DNA of 42,850 bases from Thermoanaerobaculia bacterium (GTDB lineage Bacteria; Acidobacteriota; Thermoanaerobaculia; Multivoradales; UBA5704), in assembly GCA_044226625.1 (NCBI GenBank), contig JBGAGQ010000058.1, positions 1 through 42,850 of the forward strand, written 5' to 3'. Position 1 is the stretch's first letter; the number at the start of each line of letters is the position of its first letter. The notes beneath the pieces were generated by a model that saw nothing but the letters and a program-made list of their open reading frames with translations, did no database searches and was not told the origin of the DNA. The position numbers were made by a program, and so were the translations under genes. Of the stretch, positions 36,393-42,850 are shown in pieces.

Positions 36393-37247
36393 TTGAAGGC
36401 ACTACTTGTTCTTCTTGCAGTCCTAACTTTGGCGGCAGGCTTCGGCGTGGCCTTTGCGGATGGAATCGAGGAGCGTCTGGCGTGTCGGATGGTCCATCTT
36501 TGGTATCGGGTCGAGCCCAGCCGGGCATTTTATAACGAGGTGACGGTAGAAAAGTCCGCCAAAGGTTCTTACTTCGCGGTCTGCGGGTGGAGCCGGGGTT
36601 ATTTCGGAATTCAGGAGCTGACGGACGGGAAGAAGGTCATCATCTTCTCGGTCTGGGACCCCGCCGCGGGCGACGACTCCGCGGCCGTTCCCCTGGAGAA
36701 GCGGGTCAAGATGCTCTATCAAGACCCAAGGGTCCGCGTAGGGCGGTTCGGGAACGAGGGCACCGGGGGCCAATCCTTCTTCGATTACGACTGGAAGCCG
36801 CAAACGACCTACCGCTTCTTCGTCGCCGCGAAGGCGGCAGGCCCGGATCGAACCGCCTACAGCGGATATTTCTACCTTCCGGAACAGAAGGCGTGGAAGC
36901 ACCTGGTGACCTTCTCGACCTTGACGCCGAAGGGGGAGCTGCTGCGCGGCCACTATTCGTTCGTCGAGGACTTCCTTCGGACCAAGCAGAGCGTCACGGA
37001 AGCGCGGAAAGCCGATTTCGGAAACGGCTGGGTCGAGTCCGCCTCGGGCGCCTGGGTGCCTCTTCGGACGGCGCAGTTCAACGCGGACTCGAATTCCGCA
37101 CGGAATAACATCGACGCCGGCGCTGCGGGCTCGGGGTTCTTTCTGGCGACCGGCGGGCGCACCGTGAACGCTACGAACGGACTCCTCCAAACGATCAGCC
37201 GCGGAACGTGCAACTGCAAGCGGCCGGCTGACTTGCCCGAGAGGTGA
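36393..37247 (+). CDS. Secreted DUF3472/DUF5077-like protein
   Basis: Signal peptide; FYNEV, YFAVCGW..GYFGIQE, IFSVWDP, FGNEGTGGQS, SFVEDF. TTG 36393 follows GGGAG (alternative GTG 36381). Confidence 0.78.
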   Translation: MKALLVLLAVLTLAAGFGVAFADGIEERLACRMVHLWYRVEPSRAFYNEVTVEKSAKGSYFAVCGWSRGYFGIQELTDGKKVIIFSVWDPAAGDDSAAVPLEKRVKMLYQDPRVRVGRFGNEGTGGQSFFDYDWKPQTTYRFFVAAKAAGPDRTAYSGYFYLPEQKAWKHLVTFSTLTPKGELLRGHYSFVEDFLRTKQSVTEARKADFGNGWVESASGAWVPLRTAQFNADSNSARNNIDAGAAGSGFFLATGGRTVNATNGLLQTISRGTCNCKRPADLPER

Positions 37248-37316
37248 CGAATCCGGCGGTCCGGCTTCAGCCATCGAGATCAGGCGATTCTTTCGCAAAG
37301 AGCCGAAGAGGGCACC

Positions 37317-37742
37317 TCAGGGCGAGCCCTCTCCGCTTCGTGCGGCGGCGGCGCGGCGGGACTGCCGTTGTCCGGCGCCTCGCTCGGCCTTCTCGCCGAG
37401 AACCTTCGTACTCCTCGGAGCCAACTTCCGGGGCCGTGGCTTCCGGCTGACCGGCACGATCGGTTCGATCGAAATCCGCACCTTGCCGCCGACCGCGAGT
37501 GCGAGCTTCGCCAGGCTGTGGAGGGTGAAGTTCGCGTTGCCGCCGAGTACCTTCGTCACATAGGCCTTCGAGGTCCCGAGCCGTCGGGCCAGCTCGGCGC
37601 GCGAAACTTTCTCCTCCTCCATGCGCGCCCAGAGCCCTTCGGTGAACTCGACGATCGCTCCCTCGGCCCAGTAGTCGACGCTCTTCTCGGCCTCCTCGAC
37701 CATTCTTCGCCATAAGGCGCGAGTTTCTTCCAATGCGCTCAC
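37317..37742 (-). CDS. XRE/HigA-like HTH antitoxin
   Basis: VSRAELARRLGTSKAYVTKVLGGNANFTLHSLAKLALAVG HTH; AAGGAGG RBS; downstream of the toxin. Confidence 0.85.
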   Translation of the reverse strand: MSALEETRALWRRMVEEAEKSVDYWAEGAIVEFTEGLWARMEEEKVSRAELARRLGTSKAYVTKVLGGNANFTLHSLAKLALAVGGKVRISIEPIVPVSRKPRPRKLAPRSTKVLGEKAERGAGQRQSRRAAAARSGEGSP

Positions 37743-37754
37743 CGTTTTTCCTCC

Positions 37755-38159
37755 TTACTCGATGATCTCGATGTCGCCGCGGCGGTTGGCCTCGGCGAAA
37801 CGCTTGAGTTGCCATCGCGAGCGGTCGATCTCGGTTCTTGGTGTCGTCTCGGCTTTGGAGAACGCCGTCCTGCAGACGATGCATCGGCCGACCCCGTAGA
37901 ACCAAACGACGCGAAGCTTCTTACCCTTGGGTTGCTTTCTAAGCTCGAACAGGCCCAGGCCGAGCGGTTTGCAGAGCGGTTCGGCGTGAGGCGGTCCGAA
38001 CCTCGGTATTACCTTGTGCAGCACGGCCAACATGCCTTCTTTCGCCGCACGGTACGGCGCATCCAGCTCAGCGAGGAAGTCGATGACGAGGCAACGGTCT
38101 CTGGAGTCAAGCACGGCCAGGACATCCCAGGTTTCGCGGGCCAATCTCAGCAGTCGCAC
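37755..38159 (-). CDS. RelE/ParE (HigB / phage Gp49-like) toxin
   Basis: W.V...D..DRC.V.DFL, KPLGLGLFELRK....LRVVWFY....IVCRTAFSKAETTPRTEI. Toxin-first order as in higBA. Confidence 0.82.
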   Translation of the reverse strand: MRLLRLARETWDVLAVLDSRDRCLVIDFLAELDAPYRAAKEGMLAVLHKVIPRFGPPHAEPLCKPLGLGLFELRKQPKGKKLRVVWFYGVGRCIVCRTAFSKAETTPRTEIDRSRWQLKRFAEANRRGDIEIIE

Positions 38160-38187
38160 GTTAATCTTCAGGTTAACTCGCTGTCAA
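38158..38187 (-). promoter_or_regulatory. TA promoter/operator overlapping the comM stop codon
   Basis: Minus strand: TTGACA (38187-82), N18, TAACGT. Imperfect palindrome GTTAATCTTCAGGTTAAC at 38160-38177. Confidence 0.55.
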
Positions 38188-39708
38188 CCCTGAGACCGTC
38201 CGCCGGTCGAGGCTGCGGTACTGGATTGCCTCGGCGAGATGCATCGGCTGGATCGGTCCGCCGCCGTCCAAGTCGGCGATCGTTCGCGCAACTTTGAGCA
38301 CGCGGTCGAGGCCTCGCGCGGAGAGGCCGAGGCGTTCGAAGGCGGTTTCGAGGAGCGCTCGTCCTTCCGTGGTGGTGGTGCAGAAGCGGCGGACCTCCTG
38401 GCTGTTCATCGCAGAGTTGATCGGCGAGGGGGAGGGGCCGAAGCGATCCGCTTGGAGCGCGCGGACGCGGGCGATGCGGGTGGAGACGTCCGCGGTGGTC
38501 TCGCCGGTCGTTCCACGCAGGTCCTTGAGCGAGACCGCTGGAACCTCTACGTGGAGGTCGATCCGGTCGAGAAGGGGACCGGAGACTCGGGCGCGGTAAC
38601 GCTCGACCATCGGCGTCGGGCAACGGCAGTCGTAGCGGGAGTCGCCGAGATGGCCGCACGGGCAGGGATTCATCGCTGCAAGCAGCGCGAAGCGGGCTGG
38701 GAAGGTGAAGCGGGCTCGCGCTCGCACGACGCTCACGAGTCCTTCTTCGAGCGGTTGGCGCAGGGCTTCGAGCGTGTCGCGCCGGAATTCCGGCAGCTCG
38801 TCCAAGAACAGCACGCCGTTGTGGGAGAGGCTCGCCTCGCCCGGCCGGGCCGTGGGGCCGCCGCCGATCATGCCGACGGTCGAGGTCCCCGTATGGGGGC
38901 TGCGGAACGGGCGTTCGTGCAGCAGGCCCGCGGGCGGCTCGTCCGCGGCGAGCGACCAGATCTTGGTGACCTCGATCGCCTCGGCGAGAACGAGCGGCGG
39001 CAGGAGGCCCGGCAAGCGACGGGCGAGCATCGTCTTGCCCGAGCCGGGGGGCCCCAGAAAGAGGAGGTTGTGCCCCCCCGCCGCGGCGATCTCGAGCGCC
39101 CGCTTGGCCCCCGCTTGGCCTCGCACGTCGGCGAGATCCGGCACCTTCCCGAGCCGAAAGCCTCCCGTTTCGCGGGGAGATGCCGGTAGGAGCGGGGCGC
39201 TGCCGAGCACGTGGTCGATCGCTTCGAGGAGATTCGCCGCTCCCAGGACGGGAACTCCGCCGAGCGCGGCGGCCTCGGGACCGTTGGCGGCTGGGAGGAT
39301 CACCTCGCGGAGGCCGAGGCGCGCGGCGAGGTCGGCGACGGCCAGCCCGCCGCGCACCGGGCGGATCGTGCCGTCGAGCCCGAGCTCGCCGCACAGGAGG
39401 CGGCCCGCGAGGGCCTCCTCCGCGATCTGCCCATGGGCCGCGAGCAGGGCGAAGGCGATCGCGAGGTCGAGGTGGTTGCCTTCCTTTCGCAGGTCGGCCG
39501 GAGCGAGATTGACGACGATCGAGCGGGGCGGCAGGTCGAAGCCGCAGTTCTTGAGGGCGCGTTGCACCCGCTCGCGGCTCTCGCGCACGGACGCGTCCGG
39601 GAGGCCGACGATTTGGAGCTGGGGAAGGCCGTTGTGGACGTCGACCTCGATCTGGACCGGCTGGGCTTCGATGCCCCACGGGGTGGCGGCGGTGGCTCGG
39701 GCGAGCAT
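38173..39708 (-). CDS. comM: YifB/ComM Mg-chelatase-like AAA+ ATPase (helicase)
   Basis: IVGLPDASVRESRERV, NLAPADLRKEG, GELGLDG, GPPGSGKT, RPFRSPH, FLDELPEF, AAMNPCPCG, SGPLLDRID, SARG..RVLKVARTIADL. ATG 39708 with AAGGAG RBS. Confidence 0.95.
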   Translation of the reverse strand: MLARATAATPWGIEAQPVQIEVDVHNGLPQLQIVGLPDASVRESRERVQRALKNCGFDLPPRSIVVNLAPADLRKEGNHLDLAIAFALLAAHGQIAEEALAGRLLCGELGLDGTIRPVRGGLAVADLAARLGLREVILPAANGPEAAALGGVPVLGAANLLEAIDHVLGSAPLLPASPRETGGFRLGKVPDLADVRGQAGAKRALEIAAAGGHNLLFLGPPGSGKTMLARRLPGLLPPLVLAEAIEVTKIWSLAADEPPAGLLHERPFRSPHTGTSTVGMIGGGPTARPGEASLSHNGVLFLDELPEFRRDTLEALRQPLEEGLVSVVRARARFTFPARFALLAAMNPCPCGHLGDSRYDCRCPTPMVERYRARVSGPLLDRIDLHVEVPAVSLKDLRGTTGETTADVSTRIARVRALQADRFGPSPSPINSAMNSQEVRRFCTTTTEGRALLETAFERLGLSARGLDRVLKVARTIADLDGGGPIQPMHLAEAIQYRSLDRRTVSGLTAS

Positions 39709-39819
39709 GAGATGTCTCCTTTCGCCCGAAATAGACGCGAAATGGGGGTAGACATCTCGATGGTTTCGGCTAAGTCGCCGGATATCATCGGGTTCCGCGG
39801 GTTCAATACCGCGTTCGCC

Positions 39820-41055
39820 ATGAACCTCCTCTTCGTCGCCACGAAAGCGCCCTGGCCGCCGATCGACGGCGGCCGGCTGCTGCTGGCTCGAACGCTGGAG
39901 GCGTTCGCGGCACTCGGTCACCGCCCGACGCTCGTGGCCCCCGTCGAGCCCGGCGCCGACCGGGAGGCGATCGCGCAGGCGCTCTCGGCCTGGTGCCGAC
40001 CGCGCCTCGTCGAAGCCGCCCCACGCCGGCCGTTTGCGACGATCGGCTATGCCTGGGCGAAGAACGAGCCCTTTTCCATCGTCCGCCACGCCCTGCCCGC
40101 CGTGCGCCAGGAGGCCGAGCGGGCGCTCGCGGAGGAACGCTACGACCTCGTCCATGCCGAACAGCTCCAGGCGTTGCCTCAGGCGCTGGGGGCCGCGAAG
40201 CCGCACGGCTTGCCGGTCGTGCTGCGGGCCCAGAACGTCGAGAGCGACCTCTGGTTCGCCTCCGCGCATCGGCGCGAAGGGGCGCTCGCCCGGTGGCTGG
40301 GAGGGGAGGGAAAGCGCCTCGCGCGCTGGGAAGGAAAGGCGCTCGGCGAGGTGGCGGCGACGGTGGCGATCTCCACGGTCGACGCCGAGCGCTTGCGCGC
40401 GCTCGGGGGTGGGCGGGTCCGGGTTTTCGTGACGCCCGTTCCGTTTCCTTCGACCCTCGTCTCGCCGGCCGAAGCGCTGCCGGGCGCGCCGGCCGTCGTG
40501 GTCCTCGGCAGCGGCGGCTGGCTGCCGAATCGCGATGGGAGCCGTTGGTTCGCCGAGGAGGTCTGGCCGTCGGTGCGGGCCGCCTGCCCGGGCGCGATGC
40601 TGCACCTGTTCGGTCAGGACTGGGAAGGCGCTTCCGGCAGCATCGTTTCCCACGCGGCCCCCGCGGACAGCGCCGAGGCGTTCGCTCCCGGCGCGATCCT
40701 GGCCGTCCCGCTGCGCATCGCCTCCGGCGTGCGGATGAAGATCCTCGAGGCGTGGGCGCGCGGCCTGCCCGTCGTGGCGACCCCCGAGGCGCTCGCCGGT
40801 CTCGACGTCCGCGACGGCCGTGAGGCTCTGGTCGCGGTCGATCCCAAGACCTTCGGCCGGGCGATCGCGGCGCTCCATCGCGAGCCAGACGTCGCGGCCC
40901 GGCTGGTCGAGGCGGGACGGGAAGCTCTCGCGCGGAGCCACGACCCGATCCGCGCGGCGCGCGAGCTGCTAGCGGTCTACGCGAGCGTGATCGGCGGGCG
41001 TCACGGTGCGGCGGCGATAGAATCCACGACGGTCGACCTCCCTTTGAGGTCCTAG
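39820..41055 (+). CDS. Glycosyltransferase family 4 (GT-B)
   Basis: MNLLFVATKAPWPPIDGG, QNVES, WLPNRDG..WF, VPLRIASGVRMKILEAWARGLPVVAT. Confidence 0.9.
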   Translation: MNLLFVATKAPWPPIDGGRLLLARTLEAFAALGHRPTLVAPVEPGADREAIAQALSAWCRPRLVEAAPRRPFATIGYAWAKNEPFSIVRHALPAVRQEAERALAEERYDLVHAEQLQALPQALGAAKPHGLPVVLRAQNVESDLWFASAHRREGALARWLGGEGKRLARWEGKALGEVAATVAISTVDAERLRALGGGRVRVFVTPVPFPSTLVSPAEALPGAPAVVVLGSGGWLPNRDGSRWFAEEVWPSVRAACPGAMLHLFGQDWEGASGSIVSHAAPADSAEAFAPGAILAVPLRIASGVRMKILEAWARGLPVVATPEALAGLDVRDGREALVAVDPKTFGRAIAALHREPDVAARLVEAGREALARSHDPIRAARELLAVYASVIGGRHGAAAIESTTVDLPLRS

Positions 41056-41063
41056 GAGATTCC

Positions 41064-41564
41064 ATGATCCAGCGTTCGAAATCGATCCTCGGCGCACTCG
41101 CGCTGCTCGCGGGCGCCGCATTCGCGCTGCGCGCCGACGCTCCCGTCGGACCCGCGAAGATGGGCGATACCTATGGCGCCCCGGTCGCCGTCGAAGGGGA
41201 GGCCCTGTCGGTCGCCAAGGCCCTCGACCGCGCCTCCGAGCTCAACGGCAAGGCGGTTCGCCTTTCCGGCTTCGTCACCGCCGCCTGTCAGGCGAAAGGC
41301 TGCTGGATGGCGCTCGCCGCCGGGGACGGGCGTCAGATGCATGTCACCTTCCGCGACTACGGGTTCTTCGTGCCCAAGGACCTTCCGGGCGCCACGGTGA
41401 TCGCCGAAGGCACGCTCGAGACGAAGGAGGTGTCGGTCGAAGAGCAGCGTCACCTCGCCAAGGACGCCGGGCGGCCGAAAGCAGAGATCGACGCCATCCA
41501 GTCGCCGAAGACCGAGACGTCGTTGGTCGCGGACGGCGTTCGGATCATCGCGGCGGCACCGTAG
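41064..41564 (+). CDS. DUF4920 domain exported protein (OB-fold-like)
   Basis: Signal peptide; CQAKGCWM, VTFRDYGFFVPKD, HLAKDAG, ADGV signature. Confidence 0.88.
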   Translation: MIQRSKSILGALALLAGAAFALRADAPVGPAKMGDTYGAPVAVEGEALSVAKALDRASELNGKAVRLSGFVTAACQAKGCWMALAAGDGRQMHVTFRDYGFFVPKDLPGATVIAEGTLETKEVSVEEQRHLAKDAGRPKAEIDAIQSPKTETSLVADGVRIIAAAP

Positions 41565-41569
41565 AGCCC

Positions 41570-42649
41570 ATGCGGAGATGCGCGGGGCTTCGCTCGCTCG
41601 TCCTCGGAGCGGCCGGGATCGTCGGCGTGCTCGGCTGCGCGGGCGCGCCCCCTCCTCCTTCCGCGGCGCCGAAAACCGACGCGTTCGTCGAGGGCCGCCT
41701 GCTCTGCGGCAACGAGGCCGCGTTCCTCTCGTTCGAGCGGCTCGGCGTGCCGAAGGACGCGCGGCCCGTCGAGCTGGTGAAGATCGGGCCGCGGATCTGG
41801 GTCTTGTTCGAGCCCGCGCGCCTTCTGCGCATCGATCGGCGCGGCGAGGCGGCGGACGTCGGCGTTCGCCTCGGCGGCGAGGGAGAGCACTGGTCTTCGA
41901 TCGCGCTCGATCCCCTCGACGGTTCGCTCTGGCTCGCGGCGAGCGACCGCCTGGTGCTCTGGCACTACGAGGCGACCGGAACGCTGCGTCAAGTGCCACT
42001 CCAGAAGGTCGAGGGCGAAGGAGGTTTCCTCGATCTCGTGGCGGCTCCCTCGGGGCTGTTCGCCGAGCCGACCTCCTCCGATCATCGAGTTTGGCGCATC
42101 GGCAGAGACGGGCAGGTACTGGGTACCGACTTTCCCGCGCTGGCGCTCGATCCGAAGAGCCCGAGCCCTCTGGATTCACTCGGTCCGGGCGGTTCTCCAG
42201 TGCGCCTCGAACACGACGCGGCGGGGGCCGTCCTCGCCTGGTTTCCGGATCAGAGAGAGCTCTACCGCGCGGATGCCGCCGGTCGGTGGGCGGCCGTTGA
42301 TCCGTCGATTTTCGCTGCCGGCGGCTCGGACCCGGTACGCGGGGTCGACGTCGGAGGGGAGAACGAGCACTGGTACGCGAACGGCCAGGGCGCCTTTTTC
42401 TATTGGAAGGGCACTCCGGTGTTCGTCGAAGCGCATTCGATGCTCGAGCGGAAGGGAAAGATCGGCACGATCTATCAGTTTCCGGGAGGGCGCGAGTTGT
42501 TCGAGCCGTGCAACGGTTGGTTCGTCCTCGACGTGGCGACTGACGAGACCGGCTACGCGGCGCTCACGGACCATGGCGTGGTGATCGGCGATTTTGCGGG
42601 CGTGGGACCGGCCGTGACGGAGCCCGAGGGCCTCGGATCCAGACCGTGA
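41570..42649 (+). CDS. Hypothetical lipoprotein, possible beta-propeller
   Basis: Lipobox-like VLGC; blade-like segments (IALDPLDGSLWLA, HRVWRIGRDGQVL); coupled to its neighbours. Confidence 0.65.
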   Translation: MRRCAGLRSLVLGAAGIVGVLGCAGAPPPPSAAPKTDAFVEGRLLCGNEAAFLSFERLGVPKDARPVELVKIGPRIWVLFEPARLLRIDRRGEAADVGVRLGGEGEHWSSIALDPLDGSLWLAASDRLVLWHYEATGTLRQVPLQKVEGEGGFLDLVAAPSGLFAEPTSSDHRVWRIGRDGQVLGTDFPALALDPKSPSPLDSLGPGGSPVRLEHDAAGAVLAWFPDQRELYRADAAGRWAAVDPSIFAAGGSDPVRGVDVGGENEHWYANGQGAFFYWKGTPVFVEAHSMLERKGKIGTIYQFPGGRELFEPCNGWFVLDVATDETGYAALTDHGVVIGDFAGVGPAVTEPEGLGSRP

Positions 42650-42850
42650 ACGAGACCGATCCCAACGTGGCGCTTGCGATCCGCTACCTCGCGGCGCTCG
42701 AGCGAGGAGCGACGGGAAACGCGCTCGCGGAGTTCTTCACGCCCGACGTGGTGCAGGACGAATGGCCGAACCGCCTGTCGACCCAAGGGGTGCGGCGCAA
42801 TCTCGCCGGGCTCCTCGAAGCCGCCGCCCGCGGCCGTCGCGTGGTGACCC
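42646..42850 (+). CDS. SnoaL/NTF2-like protein (3' partial)
   Basis: GTGA overlap with the previous gene; reads MNETDPNVALAIRYLAALERGATGNALAEFFTPDVVQDEWPNRL..., open to the window end. Not in the ORF track. Confidence 0.75.
   Translation, partial: MNETDPNVALAIRYLAALERGATGNALAEFFTPDVVQDEWPNRLSTQGVRRNLAGLLEAAARGRRVVT

Noticed and set aside
39709-40941. Apparent 922-aa comM fusion, and the 614-aa glycosyltransferase extension
   Set aside because: Each extension is the antisense frame of the divergent neighbour. Family N-termini begin at 39708 (with an SD) and at 39820.

Overview
A GC-rich, gene-dense bacterial chromosome segment. It is most consistent with Acidobacteriota, probably Thermoanaerobaculia-like; this is inferred from protein families and gene order, not from a search. 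About 42 CDSs can be supported. A housekeeping core (tsaB-rimI-DUF465-psd-pssA-asd-like on the minus strand, divergent from mutS-nagZ; also a cysteine synthase, an acyl-CoA carboxyltransferase, a moaD-moaE fusion and comM) is interleaved with accessory genes. These include two type II toxin-antitoxin modules (RHH/MazF-like and RelE-like/HTH), an ankyrin + atypical ECF sigma + zf-HC2 anti-sigma module, a DUF1800/DUF1501 exported pair with a four-domain DUF1800 fusion, a Uma2 nuclease, and several secreted multidomain proteins. I found no rRNA, tRNA, CRISPR array, integrase, transposase or reverse transcriptase. The most notable points are: pssA is broken by an apparent internal deletion plus frameshift; an Asd homologue has lost its catalytic Cys/His and NADP loop; many genes look leaderless (TAnnnT-N6-9-start); and two intergenic inverted repeats would hide a ribosome-binding site while enclosing a -10 element. 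No system can be called new with confidence. The best candidates are the DUF1800-CHRD/DUF1501 unit and the ECF/anti-sigma module. Family assignments come from motif recognition by eye, and many long ORFs in the track are GC-driven shadow frames.
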